Source: Octopus vulgaris
Taxonomy: Eukaryota
DNA length: 64,000 nt
Assembly (NCBI GenBank): GCA_951406725.2
Contig: OX597827.1
Span: 79,174,001-79,238,000 of the forward strand
Direction of reading: 5' to 3'
Position numbers and translations under genes: made by a program
Part shown: piece after piece, positions 1-12,924 of the stretch
How positions within the stretch are numbered: the stretch's first letter is position 1
Layout of the letters: every line of letters begins with the position of its first letter
The notes under the pieces: model-generated
What the model saw: the letters and a program-made list of their open reading frames with translations, nothing else
What the model was told of the DNA's origin: nothing
Database searches by the model: none

Positions 1-702
1 TCAACTCAACTTGATTTCGAGCTGGGTAGTCTGCTGCTGGAGAGGACCGACCAGGTAAAGGACCTGGGTATCTTGGTGGATTCTTCCTTTTCGCCTTCGG
101 CCCAATGCATCCATGCTGCCAACAAAGCACGCAGAGTTCTGTTTTTGATTCGATGGTCATTCGGAATGCTCACAGCAGCAATATTCCTACCACTCTATGT
201 CATGTTGGTGAGACCCATATTGGAGTACGGGATTCAAGCCTCTTCTCCCTATCTCCTCAAAGACACATCATCTCGAAAGAGTCCAGAAGCTGGCTACCCG
301 CATGGTTCTTGGTCTCAAGCATTTGTCTTATGAGGAAAGGCTGAAGACGCTTGACCTTTATTCTCTTCAAAAACGCCGCTGCCGTGGTGATCTCATTCTT
401 GCTCACAACATCATAAGCGGAAAGTGTAACCTCTCGAAAGAGCTGTTCTTCACTCCTGCTCCAGAGCGAAAAGCTCTATCTACGACGATTTCATCTCGAT
501 CAAAGGAGAGGGGCTTTCTCCGTTTGGGTTGCGGATCCGTGGAATAAGCTGCCGGACGAGATAGTGAAGATGCCGACAACCGCTCGGTTCAAAGTCTCTC
601 TTGACCAGAAATGGCCTGAACTCTTTGTATGAACACCCTCCCTGTCCCTCTACATAGCCTCACTTTTGCTTTTTGAGCCAAAACATTAAATTAAATTAAA
701 TT
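1..702 (+). mobile_element. 3' end of a CR1-like non-LTR retrotransposon (ORF2 C-terminal region, frameshifted) with (ATTAA)n tail
   Basis: Reads KDLGILVDSSF...LYVMLVRPILEYG...SPY and LSYEERLKTLDLYSLQKRRCRGDLI, typical of the post-RT region of CR1-clade LINEs; split over frames; attaaattaaattaaatt at ~685-702. Confidence 0.85.
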
Positions 703-1121
703 CCTTTCAACAAATTCCTTGCCCTTGTTCCTTCATCCATCACCCCTTAGTCACATTTTTCTTAGTCTTTCTCTTCTACTTCCTTCCACATTCATTTCCA
801 TTGCTCCTCTCACCTTGTCCCTTTCACCTGTCACTGAGCCAATGACCCAAACATTTTATCCCATTTCTCTTCACACCATCAAGCACTGGCTTCATTCCTA
901 TCATTCCTTGCAATTCTTGGTTTGCTATTTCCTCTTTCAGCAAAACTCCACTCATCCATTGAACCCTTCTTATCTCTGCTCTTTCCAGCGTTATTACCTG
1001 TGTCATAATTGCATCATAAGTAAGAGTGGTATATTACCTTTTCTACAGCTTCGGAGACACTCAATTCAGGAGACAAATATAAAGTAGAAAAAAAAATAGC
1101 TTTAACTAATTTATCACTTAC

Positions 1122-3527
1122 CTGTGGAACTGGTGGAAGTCTCCGGGGTGTTGTTGAGAATTTCCATTCATTAGGTATCTGTTCCATCTCCGGATAAAAC
1201 TGACTTTTAGATTTTATTGTCTGAAGATTTCGGTTAAATATCTCTTCTGCATTTCTCGTTATTGCAACAGGATTGTTAGTCTGATACAGTAATTGTCTCA
1301 TCTCAGTCTGAGAGAGAAAGTTGGGATTCTCTGCTGTTGTGGGTGAGTTATTTGTGTGATTAATACATCTGAAAACACACAGTGTTATGGACACTACAAT
1401 AGCCACAGATAGTATTACAGCTGCTGCTACAATGATAATTACCCAAGTCATATTCAGGTCGTGACCAGACTGGAATGGCACAGCAGTCAACATTGGAGAT
1501 GTATCATTACTAACAAACAGTGTTAGTATGATAGCAGTTGTTGCTGATTGAACTGGAGTACCACCGTCTTTCACTATAAACTGCAGCTCATATGTTCCTG
1601 CATCATTTTGGTAAACTGTGCGAGAGAAAGATAACACACCAGTGTGTGAGTTCACTGTAAACAGGTTTTTATCATTGGATCTCAGTATTCCATATGTGAG
1701 GAAAGCATTGTTTCCAGTGTCTTTGTCAGATGCTCTCAGAATTGTGATGTCCTTCTTACTGTGTGGATGGTAGTGGACATCGAGATTGTAAGGGTCATTA
1801 TTAGGAAACGTAAAATACGGAGCATTATCGTTTTTATCTAGAATCTCAATAACAATATTGGCAGTGTCATTGAGTGAAGGTGTTCCATTATCTTTCACTA
1901 AAACCTTGAACTTATAGATGTCTTTCATTTCTCGATCTATTGGTTGTGATGTAGAAATAAATCCATATTTTGTCAGTTGGAAAGGAATGTTATCATTGTT
2001 GTTATCATTGATGATAGAATATGTAAGTTGGCCTCCATCTCCAAGATCAGGGTCTGTAGCATTGATGAAGCCAATAGGGAAGTCAACTTTCTGGTTTTCA
2101 TAGGTGAGGAATTGGAATGTCTCTTTGGTAAAATGTGGTTCTACATCATTGACATCAGTTACTTTGACAGAGAAATATTTTTTACTTTCTAGTTGAGGTG
2201 ACCCCATGTCATGACACACAATAGATACTTTATAGTGATCCCTTATTTCTCTGTCAAGGTGGCCCTTAACAATTATTTTATATTCTTTAGAATCTATTTT
2301 GGCAAGTTTAAATTTATCATGTTTTAAATCACAGATAACCTCACCATTAGGTCCACTATCATTGTCAGTGACCATAACATAAGCTATAAAACTATCTACT
2401 TCACTGTCTTCTGAAACTGATGCTGAACTATCTGACAAAGGAGATACAAAATCTATATTAATCAATGGAGCAGTATTTTGAGTATTAATTACATTTACTT
2501 GTATCTTTGTTATGGAACTCAAAGATGGACTTCCCATATCTCTTGCTTCAACAAATAAATTATACACCTGTTTGTTATCATAACTAAATTTTTGTTTTAG
2601 GAAAATGTCTCCAGTGATTTTATTTAAGGTGAAATGTTTCTTTGCTTCATTTGATGTTTGTTGATTAAATAAGAATGAAATCTTAGCATTTTGTCCTGAA
2701 TCCATATCAGTTGCTGATAAAGTCAATATTGGAGATGATGTTTTATGTGAATTTGTTACAGAGACATTGTACATTTTCTGTGAAAATATTGGTCTATTAT
2801 CATTAACGTCTGTTAATTGTATAAGAATTTCCAAGGTGTCATATTTTGGTGGGGAACCTCCATCCTTTGCTATTAACTCTAGCGTATGGCTAGCTTTTGT
2901 TTCTCGGTCTAACTTCTTTTCTAAAACTATTTCAGGTGAGAATATATTGCCATATAAGTTTGATGTTATCAATGAGAAAACACCATCAATGTTCTTATTC
3001 AGCTGGTATCTAATATTTGAATTCTGAACACTAACATCTTTGTCGATAGAGTTTGGAAGGGATTTCTTAGTTCCAACTCCATCATTTTCACCAAATTCCA
3101 GATGGAACTGATTTTCTGGAAACTTGGGAGCATGGTCATTGATGTCTACTATAATTATTTTAACTTTAAGAATTTTCATAAAAGTTTTTCCTTTCCTCAC
3201 TGCTACTTTAACAATTCTGGAGCATTCCTTGTTATATGTACACAGAGACTCAGCATCCAGTGTCTGAGTAGTGTAGAGTTTTCCTGAGTTGGTGATATTA
3301 AATAAGTGAGAACCACTCTCGACTGTCCTTTGTAGTTGTGTAAATGTAATGAGAGTGTGTTGTTGATGTGTGAGAGGGTGTGATAAGTTGGAGTCAGCAG
3401 CAATGTCTCCTATATAGGTGTGAGGTCTGCCTTCTTCCTTGACATGGTATGTAATATCTATGGACAGTACAAGGGTGATCAGTAAATGTAGAAGACACAC
3501 AAGAAAGGTAATGTATCCAGTCATCAT
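1122..3527 (-). CDS. PCDH: Protocadherin P1, large coding exon (signal peptide, 6 cadherin repeats, TM, proximal cytoplasmic region); downstream exons not in window
   Basis: ORF with DxNDxxP, LDRE and DxD motifs, C-x5-C in EC1 and TM WVIIIVAAAVILSVAIVVSITLCVF; paralog similarity stops at PPVPQ, where CAG|GTAAGT donor lies at 1122/1121; acceptor ttcatttgtag| at 3562. Confidence 0.95.
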
Positions 3528-3714
3528 CAGAAGTTTTCACCATTGTCCAGATAAGAGGTTTCCTACAAATGAAAAATACATGTTGATCATAGAGACTTCT
3601 TTAAGTGCATGAAGGGCACCAAGAAAGAAGACAATAATTTGTATTATAGTACACAGACACACACACACACGTTCATGTTAGCACTCTGTAAAAAGAACCA
3701 TGAAAAAAGAACTT

Positions 3715-3940
3715 GTGCTGGCACCACCCTGTAAAAACTCGTGCCAGTGCCACATATGGAGCACCCAACACACCCTGTAAACAGTTGGCATTAGGAAGGA
3801 CACCCAGCCATAGACACCATGCCAAAGCAAACAAGTGGAGCCTGGGTATCTCTCTGGCTATCAGTTCCTCTCATACCATCCAACCCATGCCAGCATGGAA
3901 AACAGATGTTAAACGATGATGATGATGATGATGATGACAA
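3715..3940 (+). mobile_element. Octopus-type SINE-like repeat (ttaggaagggcatccagc...caacccatgccagcatgg...(GAT)n tail)
   Basis: Same sequence recurs many times in the window, ending in gatgatgat. Confidence 0.75.
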
Positions 3941-4342
3941 CAACAGTGATATGTGTGTGTGTGTGTGTGTATGTATGAGGGTGAGATATAGATTATGTTT
4001 GCATGTAGGGCCTGACAAGCAACATATAGAAGACGGAGTCAAGAGGAATGTGTCAATGTGTTGTACTTCAGCTACTGCCACATGGATAAGTGTGACATGG
4101 GGTAATGTGACATTGCATAACATGGAGTAATGCAACGCTGTGTAACATGGTGCAGTGTGATATTGTTTAACATGGGGTGCCGGGACATTGTGTAACTTGG
4201 GGTGACATTGTTTAACATGTAGTACAGTGACATTGTGTTTCGTAGTGTATACTGTCATTGTAAAACTATAAAACAAGGTGTATACTGTCAACGTATAACA
4301 AGGGGTACACTAACAGCATGTACCAAGTTATATCTATCCTAA

Positions 4343-4570
4343 CATCATCATCATCGTTTAGCGTCCGCTTTCCTTGCTGGCATGGGTTGGACGGTGCAAC
4401 TGGGGTCTGGGAAGCCAGAAGGCTGCACCAGGCCCAGTCTGATCTGGCAATGTTTCTACGGCTGGATGTCCTTCCTAATGCCAACCACTCCATGAGTGTA
4501 GTGGGTACTTTTTACGTGCCAGACGAGGCTGGCAAACAACCACGGTTGGATGGTGCTTTTTACATGCCAC
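4343..4570 (-). mobile_element. Same SINE-like family, inverted
   Basis: (CAT)n then cgtttagcgtccgctttcc...gcatgggttggac...ccttcctaatgccaaccac is the reverse complement of the copy at ~47130-47355. Confidence 0.8.
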
Positions 4571-4584
4571 CGACCCGGAGGCCC

Positions 4585-4920
4585 TTAAAAATAAAAAGGA
4601 GCACTCTGTCGGTTATGACTATGAGGGTCCCAGATGATACGATCAATGGAACAGCTTGCTCGTGAAATTAACATGCAAGTGGCTGAACACTCCACAGGCA
4701 CATGTACCCTTAACGTAGTTCTTAGGGAGATTCAATGTGATACAGAGTGTGACAAGGCTGGCCCTTTGAAATACAGGTACTACTTATTTTTGCCAGCTGA
4801 GTGAACTGGAGCAACGTGAAATAAAGTGTCTTGCCCAAGGACACAATGCGTTGCCAGGAATTGAACTCATGGTCTTATGATGGTGAGCTGAGTGCCCTAA
4901 CCACTAAGCCGCGTGCCTTC
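4585..4920 (-). mobile_element. tRNA-derived SINE
   Basis: Minus strand begins aggcacgcggcttagtggttagggc (A box), then gagttcaattcc (B box), then tgtgtccttgggcaagacactt; homologous to 10258-10490. Confidence 0.8.
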
Positions 4921-6059
4921 TATCCTAATGCTGTACAACACTAACAATAGCAACAATAGTTGTAGAGAATTATACAAGGACCAACCTAGTAATGTTGTGG
5001 AGCTTTAATTACAGAATGGCAGATACAGCATCCCTGAGGAACAACATTGCTTTGGCTTTTAGACACAATACGGTTTGGAAATTCTATTTTCCTTACACAA
5101 ACACACACATACAACTTACCTCACATAAACAAATACATGAATTTACTTCACACACCATTTACCACTCTCATACCCATACACAGATTTACTTTTCTCTCTC
5201 TCTCTCTCTCACATGCACACATACATACACACACAAATTTATCTCATGCAAACATGCACACACACACACATGCGCACACACACACACACATACGTGCATG
5301 CACACACACACACACACATACAAACACAATCCCTCTGACATACATCCTGACAAAAAAGTCTCTATGTAGTCATTGAATCTGCTAGAAATAGCAGCCAAAG
5401 GTTCTTCAACTGATGGCCTAGCACTTTGAAAAGAAGAATACAATGGCTAAACCAGGCTGAGATAGAGTGCTTAAATAAACAAAGTGATGGCTATAGTTGG
5501 AATGTCTTTGATCACAGCACTGTCCAGTTGCAGCTGACCTGGGGTTATAAACAATATCTCTACAGATCAATCACTATTGACTAACAATTAAGAAATTTTG
5601 TTAAAAATAGCCATAAAGAAGACATTAATTAATGAGACATTATATATCCAATTAAATATCCAAACTGTAATTAATGTAGGAGTGTTGTGTAGTTGTTGTT
5701 ATAGGAATATGATGCCTTCCTTCAAGATGTCATAATACAACGATTGCTGGTGCTGTTGGTGTTTGGCCTCAGGACAACCCTCACTGAGCAAGCGCATAAT
5801 CAAAGCCACCTAATTATAAGTACCTATTATTTATGTGCATTATCCACCTTGGACTACATTATGCAATGTTTTCATCATTTTATCAAATGATAAGGTGTAA
5901 ATTGACGGTGATTTGGTTGCCATTCCTAGCAAGTTGAACAACATCATAGAGGCTCCATCACTGATTCATTGTGGATGATGTCGTTCATAATGGAGGTGAT
6001 GATTACATCTCTCGGTTATACACCGTTCCAGTCCCCATATATATAGCTATACACAACAC

Positions 6060-6069
6060 AGAGAGAGAG

Positions 6070-6140
<71 letters not shown>

Positions 6141-6155
6141 TAGAGAGATAGAGAG
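6060..6155. repeat. (AG)n microsatellite
   Basis: Direct reading. Confidence 0.95.
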
Positions 6156-6302
6156 AAATTGATACACATACACTAATAGATGTATTCTACGTTTTTCTAT
6201 ATATATACCTTGATATCTCCTGTTGGTAATGAAAAATATATATGGAAAATAATACCACAAACATTTACCAGTTTTGCTATAACATATATACATACATATA
6301 TA

Positions 6303-6339
<37 letters not shown>

Positions 6340-6496
6340 TTACATATACATATATATACATATATACACAAACACACACACATATACAGCACAGGCACAT
6401 ATATATGACAGCTGATATATTTGTTATCCTACTCTAAGGTTTAAAATATGATCCACAGAGAAATCTAATGAGAAAAAATAAAAGAGGGAGACTGAC

Positions 6497-6800
6497 CTTA
6501 CAGTTTAATCCCCTGTTGTTGTAGAGGCATGGATTCTATTGATGTAGTGGCGGTGGTAGTGGTGGTGTTCCTGAGTAATTGCTGCTGCTGTTGATGGTGA
6601 TGGTGATGCTACTCCTGAGTTATTACTGCTGCTGCTGTTGATGTAGTAGCAGCAGTGGTGCTCCTGTGTAATTGCTGCTGTAGTAGTGTTTCCGTGTAAC
6701 AAATGTTGTTGTAGTAATGCTTATTATTCTTGTAGCAGTGTGACAGTGTTAAGTGCTGCTGTTGTAGTAATGTGACAGTGTCTCTCTGTACTGACAGACC
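6497..6800 (-). other. Putative 5' leader exon of P1 (diverged homologue of the P2-P6 leader exon); 5' end approximate
   Basis: ggattaaactgtaag|gtcagtctccc donor resembles ggattaaacaatgcag|gtaagtctctc of the other copies; same CAG/CAC-rich body. Confidence 0.6.
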
Positions 6801-7324
6801 GGTGTTGTCAGTCAGTTAGCCAACCAGCCAGCCAACCAGGCAACCAGCCAGCCTGTCAGTCAGTCAGACGCAACATCTGCTCCATGTGGAGTGTTGTACA
6901 GTCTCATGAATGGCTGGTAAGGGACAAAGGTGGGGCAACCAGCGTGAATAATAGCGTGTATATGTATGTGTTTATGTATGTGCGTATGTGTGTGTGTGTT
7001 TATGTGAATGAAAGAAGTGTTTTACTCTTCTGTGTGTGTGTGTGTGTTCATGTATATATACGATTAGCAATTTTATTTTAGTTTCTATTTTAGTTCAGTT
7101 TTAACTGAACAGAAATTATATATATATAAAAAAAAGGTATGATATTTATATTATTAATTTCATTATCTTTATTATAATTATGATTGTTATTATCATAAAC
7201 AAAACACTATTTTTTGTCATTATCATATTTTATTCCTTTTTTTGTCGTTGTTATTGATTTTGTTCGTCAGGGTTAGTTTAAAATAAAAAAAATTTAAATA
7301 ATATTTTCCATTCTTATATTGATT

Positions 7325-7353
7325 GTTTATTATTTTATTCGTTATTATTAATA

Positions 7354-7384
<31 letters not shown>

Positions 7385-7500
7385 TTATTCGTTATTATTA
7401 ATATTTTATTATTATTATTATTAACATTAATAATAACAAAAATAATTGTTATTGTAAATAATAATAATAATAATAATAATAATGATAATAATAATAATAA
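7325..7500. repeat. (TTA)n/(TAA)n low-complexity tract with internal duplication
   Basis: Direct reading. Confidence 0.85.
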
Positions 7501-7969
7501 CCACCATCTCCATCATTGTTTAAAATGGCTGACTGACAGGGATCCCAGCCCTTTATTTCTTCTGGGTTTAAATTTAGTTAAAACAAACTGTGACAATCAT
7601 CCCAGCAGAGCCAATACGTTAAGTACCAGTTATATCCTGATTTTTTATAGATTTCATTGATTAGAGCCATTCGCAGTAAAAAAAAACAAAAAAAAAAAAC
7701 TGAACTGCTGCCACTACTACTCCTACTACTGCTGCTGCTGCTTCTATTGACATATTACAGTGCAGCAGCATCTTTGCCGAGATGTCAATATCTGATGTAG
7801 TAGTAGTAGTAGTGGTGGTGGTGGTGGTGGAGGTGTTTGTTGTTGCTGTTGTAGTGGTGGTGATGGGGACAGTAGTATTAGTAATACTGATGCTATAAAT
7901 ATTACTAGTGATGTGTCCATGTGTGTGTGTGTGTGTGTTCCATCTGTTAAAAAAACTATATATACTGCA

Positions 7970-8069
7970 TGTTCGTGTACATATGTACATACACATGTAC
8001 GTATATATGCATATATATACATATGTATATGTGTATATATATGTGTGTGTGTGTGTATGTGTATATATA

Positions 8070-8120
<51 letters not shown>

Positions 8121-8130
8121 ATATATACTT
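7970..8130. repeat. Compound (AT)/(GT) microsatellite
   Basis: Direct reading. Confidence 0.9.
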
Positions 8131-10257
8131 TTTTTTATTGAAGCTGCAAAAACATCACAAAAAACTGTTACTCAGAGTAAAGATAATCTTAAATTAAAAT
8201 CCACAGATCTTGGAATTACACTAAGGTAGCTGTCATTGCAAGATTTGTGATTGTGATTTTTAATTTAAGGTTATATATATGAATGTATATATGAGTGTGA
8301 GTGTGTGTGTGTACGTACATGTATATTTATATATACATACATATATGTATATGTAGATATATATATATATAAGCATGTATTTCGCAATGCATTGTTGAAT
8401 GATACAATCATAGAATACCTGAGCGTGGTAGGTGTCAGAGCTGTAGGTATCCATGTTTGTAGTGATCCAGAAATGGTTAAATAGAAGTGGAATGATGATG
8501 TTGTAGTAAATCCAGAAATGGCAAAGTATGAGTCGTAGATGCCTGGGATATAAAAGTTCCAAACAATATCGGATGATAGTGATGATGATGTTGTTGGTGT
8601 TGTCATCATATTAGGTGTGGACTGGTCGGCGACTGAGTAGACTGTGTTTAACAGTATCAATAGAAGCGACAGCTGACAGCAATGGTAATTTCCAAATGAA
8701 ATGCTTCACATTATTATCATTATTTATGTTGTTATTGTTGTAGTGGTACAATCATGTTGGAGCCAAGGACTGATGGAATGGTGGACTCATGCAGATATAG
8801 TTTACTACTCTCAGTGTTAAAATGGTGCTCGACAATGTTGAAGCTGTTGTAATCCTTTGACATTTTTGACATGTTAATACCTTGCCATATTGATTAACTG
8901 GACAAAGCCTTGATCTTTTAACTTCTGTTTGATATTACTGGCCATGGATGACCAGGACAGGGCCAATAGTAATCCACTGGGGTAGAATAGTTTCCTCCTG
9001 TGTGAATTCTCAGAGGCTGGAGGAGACGTGTGAATAGAAATGATTAAAAAAATTAGAATTAGAGCTAAAACAGAAGTGCAGGGAGTATGTTGGCTGTACG
9101 GATGTCTGTTGTGGTCCTTTGTTTGAAATACACTTGGATTGGAGTGGTTTAACCCTGCAATATAAATAAAGGACAGATAAATACGAGAAAAGAGACATAA
9201 CGGAATACATGTTTCTCTTATCTACATCCATAAAGTTTTAGATTGTTTCTAAAGGTTTATATAAAAGTCATTAGAAAATCATTTATTACTGGAGACCAAA
9301 TATCCTGTTTAGTGCTGGTGCCACATTACAATGTCCCTTATACACTGTAAAATGGCTGGCAAACAAATGGAGACAGTGTAGAGTAGAGAAGATTGTTTAG
9401 TCTTTCTGGAGACAAGACAACTTCTTGAGTGCCAGTTCTATGATAAAATGCACACATTTTATTTTATAAAGTGGTTGCCATCTAAAACTGATTCCACTGT
9501 TCTATTCAGTGTGTTAAAATGTAAAGATTGTTATTTCACAGATACAAAATAATATTCAGAACCTGCAGAAAGGAAGGTGTTTCAGTTGGTTTCTAAAATA
9601 TCACAAAATATTTTCCAAAGAAAATATATTTTATCAATGTTTCATTGGAAGTTGTCAACAAATATAACTTTAATTTTATGAATTCTGGAAAATAGTCTGA
9701 TGTTCACTTTAGAATCAGTGGAAGTTTCGTTTTAGCAATATATAAAGGACTAATAGTGCATTAGAGTGATGACATCAATGGGGGAACTCTCTGTTCAAGA
9801 GGACTTCTGGGCTGAGAACTACCATGGATGGCTTCTAAGAACCCTTAGCCTGGCAGCGCTACTGAGGGACAAAACTTTACAGACATGGATGTGTTTGTCA
9901 GGCAGAACTGTTTGACATGTGCACAGAGCAACAAAATAATATTGCATGCATATGTGCAATGTCTGAGCCTTACTGATTTGTGGAAATTTGCTGATCAGCA
10001 GTTACTGCATGTAGGATAGATTTGACTAGCAGGCTGAGTCCATTGTGGACATTGCTCCATCGCCCTTCTTTAATAAGACCGGGAAGGCAGTTTTCTGAAG
10101 TTGAGGGCAAGCACCTTCCTCTTCAGTCAAGCCCTCATCAACCTTTTCAAGTTCTACATAAAAAGCAAAGTGGGGGTAGAGAGGGAAGTTGTCAAAAGAT
10201 GTGTGACTGGTGAAAATGGGTGCAGTGAAAGGAAATATTCTAAGAAGTTATAGTGAA

Positions 10258-10490
10258 GGTGCATGGCTTAGTGGTTAGGGGTATTCAGCTCATGATTGTA
10301 AGGTTGTGAGTTCAATTCCTGGCAGTATGCTGTGTCCTTCAGCAAGACCCTCTATTTCACTCACCTGGCAAAAATGAGTTGTACCTGTAATCCAAAGGGC
10401 CAGCCTTGATACACACTGTTTTATGCTGAATCTCCTTGAGAACTATGTTAAGGGTGCACATGTCTGTGGAGTGCTTGCATGTTGTGCTCC
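10258..10490 (+). mobile_element. tRNA-derived SINE
   Basis: tggcttagtggttagg (A box), gagttcaattcc (B box), tgtgtccttcagcaagac; homologous to 4585-4920. Confidence 0.8.
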
Positions 10491-10739
10491 TGATTGTAAG
10501 AATCATCTGTGGAACTCCTTAATTGTTCCTACTTGGAAGTTCTTCCTTATCAAGAGGACTGTATCATCCATGTATTCACATATTTTGTATATTATATAAA
10601 ATTTGCATTTCATTTCTCCCCACCACCATATTTTCCCCTTCTCCTCCTCCCCCAATTTTATAGAAGCCCCTACACAAATTGTACCCTGCTTTTATAACAT
10701 CCTCCACACCTGACACTCCTGTGGCAAAAGGAAATCCTT

Positions 10740-10945
10740 GGAGGCAAGTTGGCAAATTGCTGGAACCTTTGGGCAAAATGTCTTGTGGCATTTGCTCCAG
10801 ATCTTTACACTGGAGTTCAAATGTGAGGTCATCTTAATGTTCCGTCCTTTTGGTGTTGATAGAATAAGGTACCAGTCAAATACTAGGGTTGATGGAGTCA
10901 ACCCCCACTCCAAACTTTGCTGGCCTTAAACCAAAATTTGAAGTT
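10740..10945 (+). mobile_element. Degenerate SINE of a second tRNA-derived family
   Basis: gagttcaaat...tccttttggtgttgatagaataaggtaccagt; related copies at ~36630-36780 (+) and ~28740-28920 (-). Confidence 0.55.
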
Positions 10946-12924
10946 ATTCTTATTATTATTCTATTTTTCAACAGTGGCAGTCATGGTAGTTAAAGCTATA
11001 AAAAATAGCAGGTAAATATTGGATTAAAACTCTTTGTTTAGAAAAAGTTGAAGGCTGTCTGTGAGGCTTTAACACCCACATTTTCTGTAAATATGAGAGA
11101 TGTTCTACCACAGGACCAAAGCAATCCTTTGAATATTTTCCCATCTGGTTTAGAAGCTTTGTTCTTACCAGTAACAATTCTGTGTTTCTAACATCATAAG
11201 AATTTAGAAACTTTGACTTTTTTAATAGTGGAAATCAGAGCAGATAAAGTTCTATCTACTTCGAGTTCCAATATTAAAAGAAAACAAAAATCAATTATTT
11301 CACATCTCTTGAAGTTTATAAATTCTTATGACATTAATTATTATTATTATAATTATTATGAGTTTTTCTTCTTTAAATCTTGTTTCCATTTCTTGCCAAG
11401 TATCTTCCTGACACATGGGGCAAAGAAACTCACTGTATACATTGATAAGCCATTAAAATGACGACACTATTTTGTTGTTGTTGTTCTTCGCTGTCATCGT
11501 TATCATCATCATCATCATCCTTATTATTACTTTTAATCTGCATGTTTGTTACAGTCACTTGCCAAGACACACTCAGTGTCCTGGGGCAAGTGAAGGATGA
11601 GAGATGTTACAGAATGACTGAAAACTTGGGAAGGGGAAGTAGCGAAATATCTTCATGTAATACGACACAGACATTTAAATGGATAAGGTTTTTTCTAAGG
11701 ATGTGGGCAGTACTTGTCAGTACATTATATTATTATTATTATAGAGGGAGAGAAAATTACACGCCATCAAAGTGACACTGGGGTACAAATATATGAAGCC
11801 TAATATACCCATCATGATTACTCATTTGATGTACACCAGGTACATACATCACAACCACATGTGTGCTACATGGTGTACATCAAATCAAGGTAAACAAAGC
11901 ATGACTTTCCAGGTAGTGGCCCAGTTAGAATTTTCTTCTCATTCAGGGACCTTCTCAGAAGGTCCCTGAATGAGGGTTGTTTGAGGATGATGAACAAAAC
12001 TCCCACATTTCCAGGGAAGAATAATTCAAATCTCAAAGAATCCCTCTTAACACTGTTAATCCTGCTCCTGATCAGAGATGCATATATCATCAACCACTAA
12101 GGGTCATGCTCAATTAGTTAAGGTCAAGCAACCAACAAAAAAATCTGTGGCAACGAACAGAATATTTGCTGTAGCCCATTTTTTACATCAGAACAATACA
12201 TGTACATGTTAACACTTCCAATCAGTTAAGATTAGAAAGTATGAGAGCCACTGCATCAGGGCAGTAGAAAGGTTAGTAGGAAAACTGAGTGAAAAACTTA
12301 CCTTTATGTCCACTCTCATCATCCTGGGGAATTTAATACTCAGAGATGTGTCCAGTGGCATCTGCCTTGCATTTCCATTTAGTTCATGAGATGGGACTGT
12401 TTTGTCTTGTGTGTTTGTTGATTAGTAAACTGTAAAATAACATAAAGAAGAAAATTGATTTTAAAGAGAATTTCTTTACTCACTTTATTTTGCTTCAGAT
12501 TTATTGTCTTGATATTTAGTTTGAAGGAATTTTTACAAAATATTGTTTAATATTTTCAGAATTTAATCACATAATACACTATACAGAAGTTAATTATAAA
12601 TAAATGAGACAAAGAGAGAGAGAGAGACAGTAAGAGACAGAATTAGAGAGTGTTTGAGGGAGAGTGAGAAAGAGAGAGATGAGAAAGAGAGGGAGTAACC
12701 AGGGAAAAGAAACATGTCAACCTAACAATCAAAGTTGTGATGTTCATATTCTACAAGAGAGAAATACATCCAATATTAATTATTGGTGAGGTACGTTTGG
12801 TAATAAATGTTCAAAACTAATAATCTCACACACTCTAGAGCAACACTGAGATTGAATAAAAACACTTTGGCTCTGAGGGAAAATGATTATTTTTCTTTTA
12901 ACTCAGAGCATAATAAATTGTGCC

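Noticed and set aside
1014-1121. C-terminal extensions of the large ORFs past PPVPQ (VSDKLVK..., VNIF, VNIIFNIFH..., VNIILDN)
   Set aside because: Paralog similarity ends at a CAG|GT donor; the extensions are intron read-through
1918-2192. Antisense ORFs inside each Pcdh exon (MSFISRSIG…, MERNVII…)
   Set aside because: Shadows of the homogenised coding sequence; no independent support
4060-4310. Degenerate 5/10-bp periodic tract (gtgacatgg/gtaacatgg)
   Set aside because: Looks like a decayed simple repeat; single occurrence with no structural clue
4992-8229. Many ORFs rich in HT/CV/YI/SL repeats (also 62213-62728)
   Set aside because: Translations of dinucleotide microsatellites
10258-10330. 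tRNA gene
   Set aside because: A/B boxes run into a SINE body shared with 4585-4920; no clean cloverleaf
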